Shown here: in pieces, positions 19,345-28,339 of the stretch | Position numbering within the stretch: the stretch's first letter is position 1 | Layout: each line of letters begins with the position of its first letter | Assembly: GCA_965237675.1 (NCBI GenBank) | Contig: OZ250150.1 | Span: 2,848,001 to 2,912,000, forward strand | DNA: 64,000 nt | Direction of reading: 5' to 3' | Source of the DNA: Candidatus Latescibacterota bacterium | GTDB lineage: Bacteria; Latescibacterota; UBA2968; GCA-2709665 | Made by a program: the position numbers and the translations under genes | The notes under the pieces: generated by a model | Database searches by the model: none | Told to the model about the DNA's origin: nothing | Seen by the model: the letters and a program-made list of their open reading frames with translations, nothing else

Positions 19345-20646
19345 TTGGCAGTGCATGAAGTAATGATAGCCAGGGAGCCGGAACGCGCGATTCTGGTGGG
19401 GATTGCGCTTCCGAACAATTCATCCTGGGATACAGAGGACACGTTGAATGAACTTGCGCTGCTCGCCGATACGGCGGGCGCGCAGGTTGTGGACCGGATG
19501 GTGCAGGAGCGAGAAAGCATCGATCCGGCATTTTTTATCGGTCGGGGTAAAGCCGAGGAACTCGCGCACCGCGTGAAACAACAGAATGCGCAGGTGGTGA
19601 TTTTTGACGATGACCTGTCACCTGCCCAGCTCAAGAATCTGGAGGAATTGGCGGGAGTCAACGTAATCGACCGGAGCCGACTGATTCTGGACATTTTTGC
19701 CGGTCGCGCAAAAACCCGCGAGGCCCAGACGCAGGTGGAACTGGCACAGCTCAACTATCTGTTGCCGCGTCTGACGCGTCAATGGACGCATCTGTCGCGC
19801 CAGGCCGGCCACGGGGGGACAACAGGCGGAATAGGTACGCGGGGCCCGGGAGAGACTCAGTTGGAGGTGGACCGCCGGGCACTGCGGAGTCGTATCGGGG
19901 TATTGACCAAAGCGCTGAAAAGGATCGCCCGGCGGCGTGTGCTGGAGCGACAACAGCGTTCGGATACATTTCGTGTTTCTCTGGTGGGCTATACGAATGC
20001 GGGCAAATCAACGCTGATGCGCGCGCTTTCCGGCGCCGATGTACTGGTGGAAGACCGCCTGTTCGCAACGCTGGACTCCACGACCCGTAGAGTGTATCTG
20101 GGATACAATCGTGAGATACTACTTACCGATACGGTCGGGTTCATTCGGAAGCTGCCACATCACCTTGTCGCCTCCTTCAGAAGCACGCTTGAGGAGGCGG
20201 TGGATGCGGACCTGCTATTGCATGTTGTCGATGTGAGCCATCCCAAGTGCGAGGATCAGATTGCAGCGGTGTTTGAAACACTCCAGGGATTGGGCATTGG
20301 GGAATACCCAACGTTGATGGCTTTTAACAAGATCGACCGGCTTCACGATCCCGGCGTACAGAGGCGTCTGCAGACCGAGTTTCCAGACGGCATCTGGATT
20401 TCGGCACAGAAGGCCCGGGGGTTGGACGAACTGCGATGGGCGATCTACGACCGGCTCGAGGGCGAGCGCACGGTGTTGCATTTGCGCATTCCCCAGTCGG
20501 AAGGAAAGCTCGTTTCAGAACTGTATCGAGTGGGTGAAATTCTAAGTACGGCCTATGAAGGAAACGATGTGTTTCTGGAAATCAAGCTGAGCCTTCAAAA
20601 TGCCAGGCAACTCGTGCCGGACGGAAGGTTTCGGATTAAGCGGTGA
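19345..20646 (+). CDS. hflX: Ribosome-splitting GTPase HflX
   Basis: GPGETQLEVDRR, GYTNAGKST, LFATLD, DTVGFI, NKID; exact start uncertain. Confidence 0.97.
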   Translation: MAVHEVMIAREPERAILVGIALPNNSSWDTEDTLNELALLADTAGAQVVDRMVQERESIDPAFFIGRGKAEELAHRVKQQNAQVVIFDDDLSPAQLKNLEELAGVNVIDRSRLILDIFAGRAKTREAQTQVELAQLNYLLPRLTRQWTHLSRQAGHGGTTGGIGTRGPGETQLEVDRRALRSRIGVLTKALKRIARRRVLERQQRSDTFRVSLVGYTNAGKSTLMRALSGADVLVEDRLFATLDSTTRRVYLGYNREILLTDTVGFIRKLPHHLVASFRSTLEEAVDADLLLHVVDVSHPKCEDQIAAVFETLQGLGIGEYPTLMAFNKIDRLHDPGVQRRLQTEFPDGIWISAQKARGLDELRWAIYDRLEGERTVLHLRIPQSEGKLVSELYRVGEILSTAYEGNDVFLEIKLSLQNARQLVPDGRFRIKR

Positions 20647-20797
20647 ACCGAAGATCCGCCAGTCCTGCCGAAATTTGGTCCACGCGGCGGATTGCGAAGT
20701 TGGTGTTTAAATTCGGGTAAATTGAACAGGCGTTCGCGGAGAGGAACCGTGAACGCCCATTTTCTGTAGAACCGGTGTCTGCGGATGCGCGTGGCTT

Positions 20798-21217
20798 TCA
20801 GCCCTCCGCTTCTTCTGTTTCAGTCGGTTGGGATTCATGGGTGTCAACCTCCGGTGATGACTCATCTTCGCCTCCGGCGGCGCACTTCCCCTTGATGATG
20901 GCCCCTTCTTCCACGATGATCGATCGTGCGGAAATCTCTCCCGTGAAAACGGCGCTGGCTTCCAGTTTGACACATCCCTTGGCTTCCATTCTACCCGTGA
21001 CTTCCCCGCCAATTACCGCGTCCCGGACACGAACGAACTCGGCTTCCACCTTGCCGGAAGGCCCGATGACAAGGGTGCCGGCGGCGTATAACTCGCCCTT
21101 GAGCGTTCCGTCCAATCTGATGCTTTCTTCGGTCTTTACACAGCCTTCCAAAACTGTGTTCTTGCCAATCACCGTCTTGATGGCTTCCTTTTCCATCTTT
21201 TGTTTGAAAGCTAACAT
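20798..21217 (-). CDS. Bactofilin (polymer-forming cytoskeletal protein)
   Basis: TVIGKNTVLEG...IRLDG.LKG...LVIGPSGKV...IIVEEGAIIKG beta-helix repeats. Confidence 0.92.
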   Translation of the reverse strand: MLAFKQKMEKEAIKTVIGKNTVLEGCVKTEESIRLDGTLKGELYAAGTLVIGPSGKVEAEFVRVRDAVIGGEVTGRMEAKGCVKLEASAVFTGEISARSIIVEEGAIIKGKCAAGGEDESSPEVDTHESQPTETEEAEG

Positions 21218-21364
21218 GCCTATGCCCGCTCGTGAGTGTCCTTACTGCTCAAGAAGTATGTTCCGTGGATTCCTGTTTCCGCGACGTTCCGAAATTCCGG
21301 TTCGGAAAGGCGGGCCGCTGCTACGATCGGTCGTTCCGACAGACAAAACCCATCGACTCCGAAT

Positions 21365-21802
21365 TCATCTGGCATCCGCGGAATCGCGAGGAGATGCGGA
21401 TGGGCGTTCAGGCGTGGTGGCTACGGGCGCGCCTTCTGTTCCATTTTCCTGCGGTCCCGTCGGATTCCCATAGGCAGCCGGCGCCAACCCGGCGTTGGGT
21501 GACAGCATTTGGCGCAGTCTCTGATCGGTTCCCTGGATTCGCTTCAGCATGAGCGCCAGTTCCTCAACGCGGGCGACTTCGGCGTTCAGCCGGCTGTTTT
21601 CTACCATGAGTGTCTGTGCCGACTGTCTCCACTCTCGAATCTTCCAGAAGAAGGCGACTTCCAGGACGAGCATGATGAGCAGCAGGAGGAGGGCGGCGGC
21701 GGCGGCCCTTAGCCGCCAGTAACCGAGCTTGAACACCCGGGTGCGCGAACCGTCGTCGGGGACAAACAGAACCGACATCTGTCTGCGGCGTTGTCTGGCC
21801 AC
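21365..21802 (-). CDS. Membrane/coiled-coil protein resembling the N-terminus of bactofilin-associated M23 peptidases, no M23 domain
   Basis: GTG21802 after AAGGAG; SVLFVPDD..RTRVFKL, one TM helix, coiled coil, low-complexity tail; upstream of bactofilin. Confidence 0.7.
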   Translation of the reverse strand: MARQRRRQMSVLFVPDDGSRTRVFKLGYWRLRAAAAALLLLLIMLVLEVAFFWKIREWRQSAQTLMVENSRLNAEVARVEELALMLKRIQGTDQRLRQMLSPNAGLAPAAYGNPTGPQENGTEGAPVATTPERPSASPRDSADAR

Positions 21803-21953
21803 GCGTGTGGTCTCCTTCTCGGGTGAATTCAAATTCCATGCTGCAATCGACCGGTGTCGTGGGGTTCGGCAGGTAGCTGATGGCGATGGAGCTAACGCTT
21901 TAACGGGTTTCCGGGGTTCACCCGGCCCTGAAGCCCATATGGCGTCCTTATTG

Positions 21954-21982
21954 AGGTTAGGTCCTGGGCTCGCCTTTGTCAA
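21954..21982 (-). promoter_or_regulatory. Putative sigma-70 promoter
   Basis: TTGACA-17-TAACCT. Confidence 0.55.
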
Positions 21983-22062
21983 GTGATTTTAGATGGGGCA
22001 CCGTCCGTTGACGGCGATCGATCTTCAAAGTTCCGATTGGCGCCACCCCTGAATATTCCCAT

Positions 22063-22236
22063 TCATGCGCGTTTCTGCAGCAGCCATCCGGCCACGAACA
22101 TCAGACCGCCGATGCCGGCAAAGCGCAACTCCCGGCCGATGTCCTCTTCGTATAGGCCGACAAACAGGCCGTACCCCATATAAATGAGACCGGCAAGCTG
22201 CAGGGTGCGAGCAAGCAGACGCATTGAAAGACCCAT
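22063..22236 (-). CDS. Small two-TM membrane protein (57 aa)
   Basis: GGAGGAGG RBS, ATG22236, two hydrophobic helices; TTGACG-17-TAATGT at 22308-22336. Confidence 0.75.
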   Translation of the reverse strand: MGLSMRLLARTLQLAGLIYMGYGLFVGLYEEDIGRELRFAGIGGLMFVAGWLLQKRA

Positions 22237-22521
22237 CCCCGCCTCCTCCCGTCTGATCCGCGTTTCCCGACGGAAGAATCGGGGAAAGCGTGCCGTGTAC
22301 ACTCGGAACATTAAGAACTCGCCGTCAATCCGTCAATAGCCCATTTCAACATCGCGGCTGAAGCGGCGCCGCCGAGTTCTGCGAAACAGGATACGCCCGT
22401 CCCGGGACGAATGAGACGGCATTCGGCACCAGCCGTAGTCCGGCTTCCCGACCGGGTTAAGGTGTTCCAAAACGCAAACCAACCGAATGAGCGAAGGTGA
22501 AAAGATCCGGATGCGGAAACG

Positions 22522-22553
22522 CGAAAGCCGACATCGCAAGATATCGGCTTTCG
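22522..22553. terminator. GCAA-tetraloop hairpin (terminator-like)
   Basis: CGAAAGCCGACATC-GCAA-GATATCGGCTTTCG. Confidence 0.5.
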
Positions 22554-22771
22554 ATTGCATGGATCGAGAAAAGCGGTATTATCTCCCAAAATACACAACA
22601 CTGATACTTCAAACGACCACACTTTAGACCCCAAAACGCCGATCTGTTCAGCAACATCAATACTCGCTTATTTTAGGGCCAACACCACATGTGTCCAAAA
22701 ACGCCTATTTAGGCCAAATTTCGAACCTGATGTCTAAAAATCCAACGGTTCTTGGACAGCATTGGGCTAAC

Positions 22772-22817
22772 ACGAAACCTTCATAGCCCCCCTTTCGGCG
22801 GGGACTCAAGATTTCGT
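22772..22817 (-). repeat. Palindromic REP/terminator-like hairpin just after the helicase stop
   Basis: Minus strand ACGAAATCTT-GAGTCCCCGCC-GAAA-GGGGGGCT-ATG-AAGGTTTCGT. Confidence 0.55.
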
Positions 22818-22820
22818 CTA

Positions 22821-25800
22821 TCATGCCCAAAGCCAATCCAACTCGGAGAAAGCAAGCTTCCGGTCGAAGTTCTCGATGTTGTCTCGAACGTTGAGGATCA
22901 GGCAGCGCTGATCGCCACCATTCAAAGGTCCCCGTAAACCCCTGCCTATCATCTGGAAATATAGGTTTGGGCTGTAGACTGGCCGCGCCACGATGATGGC
23001 ACGAGTCTTGGGAGCGTCGAAACCCTCACGGAATACTCCGTAGTTGACAAGTGCCCTTACCTCGCGGTTACGAAACTCTTCAACCACACGGCGGCGGGTC
23101 GCTGCCGCTGTCGTTCCACTGACCGCACGTGACCGGATTCCCCTTCGGTTGAGGAGTGCTGCCAAAGTCTGCGCGTGCTCGACCGATGTCGCAAAGATTA
23201 GTGTTGGCCATTCCGGATCAATATGTGATTCATACGCTTCGATGATGCGTTTGGTTCGCTCGGCGCTCTGAGCGATGCGCTCCTCCACGCTCTGGGGAAG
23301 CCAAGGTAGTGCCAGCCATTCGTTTAGTTTCCGTTCCATTTCTTCCTTGTCCAGCGAGCCATCCAGGATCTCGTCGATCGGGAACGTCTCGCCCTCAATG
23401 GTCTCGTGATCGGCTTGGGCAAGCACACCCATGTTTTGCAACTCGCGGATGACTGCGTCCGGCTCGTCGCTAGCGAACGCTCCTGAGTCCAGTCGCCTGT
23501 TTCCATAGCGACGAACGAGTCTCTTGGTCTCCTCCTCGTTACGTCCGCGATAGGGCGTAGCGGTGAGGCCAAGCATAAACGGCTCTTCCGCTCTTTGAAA
23601 ACGCGTCAATCCGATATCCTGCAATACCGACGTGAAGGTCGGAGCTATGGACCGATGTGCCTCATCGAAAACAACCAAATTAAAGTTGGCCAAAAACCTG
23701 TAGTCTTCTGTTTGGGTCGAGAGTCTCGCTTTAATTGTCTGGATGGTCGCGACGATGACATGAAGTTCGCTCGTCGGCTGTGGCCTCTCTAACCCGCCCC
23801 ACATTCTGGAAGTACGTAGCCGAACCGCTTGCATGCCTATGCTTGACCAAACCTGCCGCCACGCTTCCACGGCTTGCTCGCACAGTTCGTCGCGGTCCGC
23901 GACCCAAAGGACCCCGCCACTAAAACCTTCATCACGCATGGCTTCGACGATTGCCTGCACGGCGACGCGGGTTTTTCCGGATCCCGTCGGCAGACTCATT
24001 ATTCCGCGTCGCTTGGATTCATCCCCGTGTTCGCTACGCAACATTTCCCGGACATTGTCGACAATGGTCCGCTGGTAGACATGAAGGTTCGGAAGCGAGA
24101 ACGGGCCTTCGATCTCCAGAAAGGGATCGCGCTTCCCGTCCCGCTCTCCGGCCCATTCGGCGGAGAATCCGAGGGACCGCACGAAGTCCACGGCCCGCTG
24201 CGAGCCAGCCCATTGTGACGGCGGATCGAAACGATCCAACCCCCACCTGTATTGCTTGAGCGCGTCGGTGTGCCAAGTAGCAATGGCAGCTTCGGCGATA
24301 TCAACACTCGTCAGTGCGACGCCGTCGCTCTCGAGTACACCCAGAAGGGAGTCGGGAAGACCTGCGCGCAACGTTTCTTCACCCACCGCAGCTAGAAGCC
24401 GTTCAGCGTCGGTCGTATACTGCCGAACTCTCTCACGTCTCTCCTCGATCTCCTGCGGCGTCTTGCGGTTCAGAATCTCGACGATTTTCTGAAGGCCTAT
24501 CCCAAGCTCCAGCTCGTCAACGACGAGCTGGAGCTTTCGTAACTCGTCATCACCAACGGTGTCGGCAAGAAAGATATCGGAGGCGTGTAGAACGCACTCG
24601 CGAGGTTGTCCAAGGACGAGTATTCGCTCGCATCGAATGAGATTGCACGTTCTCCGATGCGTTGGAAGACTTGGTCCCAGTCCCGGCCAAATGTCAGTCA
24701 AAGGGATAGGATCGCCTTCGCCATGAAATTCCGGTACTGGTTCGGCCAAATCAAAGGCGGCCTTGATCTTGTCAGCCTGCGGATGAGCTAGTAGGATGTG
24801 CAGGGCTTCCGGACTCTTCGGGTGCGGTCCAAGGGCGTATGCTAGCGGCACAATGCCGCTGGGGGTCCGGATTAGTCCATGCGTTCGAAGCATGTGTATT
24901 GTAAGCGACTCGTACTGCACACTTGGGTATGATCGTCGATTCGTTCCCGTATGTTGCATTGTCCAACGTTCGAAGGAAGCATCGAGACCCAACAGCGCGT
25001 CCGTGTAGAACGCGTTGCCCGTATCGGAAAGGGTCGCAAGAACGCTCAGCGGGCCGACACCCTCGGATGAAGTGAATTCCAGGTACCACCTATTTGGATT
25101 GTGTGGCAGATTGTCCTGTTGGGAATAACGCGTGCGGCAAGTATTGAGGAATGACCTGAACTGCGGTTCTAACGACAGTTCCCGGCCATCATGTGGGGCC
25201 TCTGTCAGACCAAGAACGCGTAACAGATGATCGTTCGCTTCATGGAATTCGGTGTTCACAGTGGTGTTTTCGTCCCGGCTCCCATCGTCCGGCACGATCT
25301 GACCCGGCAGCAATACAGAATGAGGAGGCTGCCAAGTTTCTGCCCGTGTACGCACTCGGAGTTCGGTGGGCCAAGTTTCTCTTCCATCCCAGTCCTTGTA
25401 CTCTCGAATAACATCGCTGGCCGCTCCCGGTGATAGCGTGCGCGCAGTGATCCAGAAGTCGCGATGAAGATCGTCTCCTAGTTCCTCACTGCTGTCGGTT
25501 TGAAGGATCCGCTGTGCGACCTGTCGAAACTTCCTTTCCGGGGAAGGCGGCCTGAGTCCCAATTTCTTAAGTGCGGTAAGCGTGTCACCGTCCACCACCA
25601 GTTCACGGTGGACGTATGACGCTTGGTCCGCAGTGCCGTCGCCATTCAGCGACTCATCAGGCAGGAAAAGATGATCGGGATCGGGCGATAGCCAATGGCC
25701 GCTTGCCGTCAGAACGATGTCGCCAAGTCCGTCGATTGACCTATGTTCGGTAGGTATTTCTGCGGCCGTCTGGATAGCGGCCATTGAAGCTCGAACGGCT

Positions 25801-27338
25801 TCATCCGCCCTATGGTCTCGCACGAGAGAACTTAACCATTCGGCGATCGTGGCCCTGGGCACGGTCGGGGAGCTTCCCGGTAAACGCGAGGGAAACAGCC
25901 GGTCGACGCTAGCGAGACGGTTGCGTGTGAGGGCTTCATGGTGCAGCCAATTCGATGGTCGCCCCGGATACGCTGACCAGCGCATAAATGGCGCCTTGTC
26001 CGAGGCGTCGGTCAATTCCCTAGGGGGATATAAGATTTCCCCCATGGTGCGCAACTTTCCTTTCTGATCGGGTACGATTTCTCGTTTGCGTAGATGGGCA
26101 AACAAACGGTTGCGAAGCAGAACACTCTGCTCCGAGTCACCAGACTCTTGTCTGCGAGGCAGTGCGTCCAAATGGCAAGCAGGGTCTAACTGAGTCGCGA
26201 GTCTTGGCAATTCGTCGGCTATCAGCCGTGCCGCCATTTCGATCAGTTCGTCGTTATACGGTCCAGGCAGCAGATTTTGACGATCTTCATTGGTTTTCCA
26301 TGGCGCATTCAGGATACCGGCAAGGAGGCTTGCGGTCTTGGTCGGGAAGAACGCCCAGAAATGTCCGGGGCGATCCAAGCGATCTAGCGGTGCCGCCCAC
26401 GAGATCGGCACGTTGCCGCTGCCTTCGTCCAAGCCCCAGTCGCTCCGTGCTTCGGAAGAAAGGGCATGGGTTGTTTTGAAAAGCCGCCAACGCGAAGTCC
26501 CTTCGCCGGTATCGAGATGAAACTCCCCCTGCCGATCCTGCAAGATGAAGCTCCGGGAAACTTCCCCATCCTCAAGGGTCAGATAACGGACATGATCGAC
26601 GAAAAGCAAAAATTCGGGCGGAAAGTCTCTGATCTGTTGGGCGAGGTCATCATGCGCACCGGGCTCTATCGGCAGGCGGACGATGTTCGTCGCCCAACTC
26701 ATCAGTTCCCGCATTTCCGCGTCGGTATCACTCTCATTGTAGGGATCGATCGGTTCGGGCAAACGCAGCACAGGGTATCCTTCGGCTTGCGCGACGTCCG
26801 CTATTCGTTTCGCCGAGCGCGTTTTGTTGAACAAGAACGAACCAGACCGGCTGTAGAACTCGGGAGCATCCGTTACTCTCAAGACCGATTTGAAGCCCTT
26901 CCCGAACCTTCCGATCGCGGGGGTGTTCCGTTTGCTCGACATGCGGTCGAACATTAGACCCACGATTCCGTCCTCGTCGATAGATTTTCCATCGTCGGCA
27001 CAGTAGAGGAAGCGTTTCGTCAGGCGGATCAGGATGCTCCTGGCTTTTGGCGCGTCGAGCAAGGCGTCCGCGCTGTTCTGAACGAGTTCGAACAATTGCC
27101 GATGGGCATATCCACCATGAGCGGTATCGTGTTCGAGGTTGGCATGCTCGGTTACTAGACGTGGCTGCGCGCGGTACGATTCGAGAGTTCTTTCCGCCTC
27201 CTCGACAATGAACTTAGCGATCTGCCCTGTGGGGCCGATCCAATTCGGTTTCTCGTCGAAAGCGGAAAAGCCCAGCTTGGCATTCTCGCGGAAAAACCTA
27301 CCGCGCTCGCCTTTCGAAAAGTCGTATTCTGTCTTCAT
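22821..27338 (-). CDS. Sacsin-like GHKL ATPase + SF2 (DEAH) helicase, N-terminus antitoxin-like
   Basis: LFELVQNSADA, ADDG, IGRFGKGFKS (GHKL); LPTGSGKT, DEAH, TATP, EGFDAP, QMIGRGLR (SF2); begins MKTEYDFSKGERGRFFRENAKL. Confidence 0.9.
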   Translation of the reverse strand: MKTEYDFSKGERGRFFRENAKLGFSAFDEKPNWIGPTGQIAKFIVEEAERTLESYRAQPRLVTEHANLEHDTAHGGYAHRQLFELVQNSADALLDAPKARSILIRLTKRFLYCADDGKSIDEDGIVGLMFDRMSSKRNTPAIGRFGKGFKSVLRVTDAPEFYSRSGSFLFNKTRSAKRIADVAQAEGYPVLRLPEPIDPYNESDTDAEMRELMSWATNIVRLPIEPGAHDDLAQQIRDFPPEFLLFVDHVRYLTLEDGEVSRSFILQDRQGEFHLDTGEGTSRWRLFKTTHALSSEARSDWGLDEGSGNVPISWAAPLDRLDRPGHFWAFFPTKTASLLAGILNAPWKTNEDRQNLLPGPYNDELIEMAARLIADELPRLATQLDPACHLDALPRRQESGDSEQSVLLRNRLFAHLRKREIVPDQKGKLRTMGEILYPPRELTDASDKAPFMRWSAYPGRPSNWLHHEALTRNRLASVDRLFPSRLPGSSPTVPRATIAEWLSSLVRDHRADEAVRASMAAIQTAAEIPTEHRSIDGLGDIVLTASGHWLSPDPDHLFLPDESLNGDGTADQASYVHRELVVDGDTLTALKKLGLRPPSPERKFRQVAQRILQTDSSEELGDDLHRDFWITARTLSPGAASDVIREYKDWDGRETWPTELRVRTRAETWQPPHSVLLPGQIVPDDGSRDENTTVNTEFHEANDHLLRVLGLTEAPHDGRELSLEPQFRSFLNTCRTRYSQQDNLPHNPNRWYLEFTSSEGVGPLSVLATLSDTGNAFYTDALLGLDASFERWTMQHTGTNRRSYPSVQYESLTIHMLRTHGLIRTPSGIVPLAYALGPHPKSPEALHILLAHPQADKIKAAFDLAEPVPEFHGEGDPIPLTDIWPGLGPSLPTHRRTCNLIRCERILVLGQPRECVLHASDIFLADTVGDDELRKLQLVVDELELGIGLQKIVEILNRKTPQEIEERRERVRQYTTDAERLLAAVGEETLRAGLPDSLLGVLESDGVALTSVDIAEAAIATWHTDALKQYRWGLDRFDPPSQWAGSQRAVDFVRSLGFSAEWAGERDGKRDPFLEIEGPFSLPNLHVYQRTIVDNVREMLRSEHGDESKRRGIMSLPTGSGKTRVAVQAIVEAMRDEGFSGGVLWVADRDELCEQAVEAWRQVWSSIGMQAVRLRTSRMWGGLERPQPTSELHVIVATIQTIKARLSTQTEDYRFLANFNLVVFDEAHRSIAPTFTSVLQDIGLTRFQRAEEPFMLGLTATPYRGRNEEETKRLVRRYGNRRLDSGAFASDEPDAVIRELQNMGVLAQADHETIEGETFPIDEILDGSLDKEEMERKLNEWLALPWLPQSVEERIAQSAERTKRIIEAYESHIDPEWPTLIFATSVEHAQTLAALLNRRGIRSRAVSGTTAAATRRRVVEEFRNREVRALVNYGVFREGFDAPKTRAIIVARPVYSPNLYFQMIGRGLRGPLNGGDQRCLILNVRDNIENFDRKLAFSELDWLWA

Positions 27339-27622
27339 TCGCCAGACTCGTATTGACGCCGTTCGTTAGGGGTGGCGACGCGCGCCGAGATGAGCCGCAC
27401 CAATGTCTCGCGGTCGCCGGACTCGGCATCAGTATGACACACCACCAGCAGCCGACCGTCCTGAGCGCAACCCATGGTTATCCAGCGCTCCTCGAACTCA
27501 CTGTGATCCTCGTCGGGAATCGACTTCGAGAGCGGATCCCGGAAGACCGTGGCTGCAAGTTCGAAGCTGACCTTGTGATTCCGTAGATTGCTCGCTGCCT
27601 TGGCTGGATCCCAATCGAACAT
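27335..27622 (-). CDS. brnT: BrnT family ribonuclease toxin (DUF497)
   Basis: FDWDPAKAASNLRNHKVSF..A..VF.DP, EERWITMG, LLVVCHT, RLISAR.AT..ERRQYE. Confidence 0.93.
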   Translation of the reverse strand: MFDWDPAKAASNLRNHKVSFELAATVFRDPLSKSIPDEDHSEFEERWITMGCAQDGRLLVVCHTDAESGDRETLVRLISARVATPNERRQYESGE

Positions 27623-27831
27623 GCCGTTCCATTCAACGCGGCGATCGGTCGGCGGATGGGCTTATGCTTGAGACAATGGACTTGGCTGCACGGAGTGAGA
27701 TCGCACGAGGACGGAAAAAGGAATCGCAGTGTCTATTCACAGTAGAGGACTTGCGCATGGCGTCCACTGCGGCACCGTCAGGAGCCAAGGACAATGCAGA
27801 GGACTAGAACGTACGCGCCGTTATAGCGGAG

Positions 27832-28296
27832 CTAAAATGCCTTGTTGAGGTTCAGTCTGACGCCCCTGCGGTTGAGGTCGCCATTGACGGCCAGGCCGAC
27901 GCCTCCCATTTCGACCATATTGTTTCTCTTTTCGGGGGGCGGGAGGTCCTCTCCCTCATCCGATAGAAAAAGGTGGACCGAATAGGCCAGGGCCCCCACG
28001 CTCAGGCCAAACAGCACGGCGGCTTTGGTATCGCCCGATTTGCTTTCGTTGTAAAAGTCGGTCGCCGTCTCGGAGGACGTTGTGGTTCTGTACCGCTCGT
28101 ACGCGTTGTCCGCATCCTTCCTGGCAGCTTGCGCCTCTTTGAGGAACCAGATGCCCGCGGCGAGCGAGAGCGTTCCGTACAGTTTCTTGGAATACAGGAA
28201 GTCTTTCTTTTTCTTCTGCGCGATCGCCGGAACCGCTGAGAGTATCAGCATGGCGACGGCAACGGCGAGTGCGCATGCCCGTTTACGGCTGTCCAT
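27832..28296 (-). CDS. Hypothetical exported/membrane protein
   Basis: Signal-peptide-like N-terminus (PAIA-Q), two hydrophobic segments, C-terminal Phe; GGAGG RBS; follows TolC. Confidence 0.7.
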   Translation of the reverse strand: MDSRKRACALAVAVAMLILSAVPAIAQKKKKDFLYSKKLYGTLSLAAGIWFLKEAQAARKDADNAYERYRTTTSSETATDFYNESKSGDTKAAVLFGLSVGALAYSVHLFLSDEGEDLPPPEKRNNMVEMGGVGLAVNGDLNRRGVRLNLNKAF

Positions 28297-28339
28297 AAAT
28301 TCCTCCGCAGATCTAATTAACCCTTACCGGATGTTCCTT

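Noticed and set aside
22560-22770. AT-rich tract resembling a CRISPR leader
   Set aside because: No repeat-spacer array or cas gene nearby.
22764-22820. Possible integron attC after the helicase (GTTAGCC on the minus strand)
   Set aside because: No complementary RYYYAAC box near the stop and no integrase; better read as a REP/terminator hairpin.
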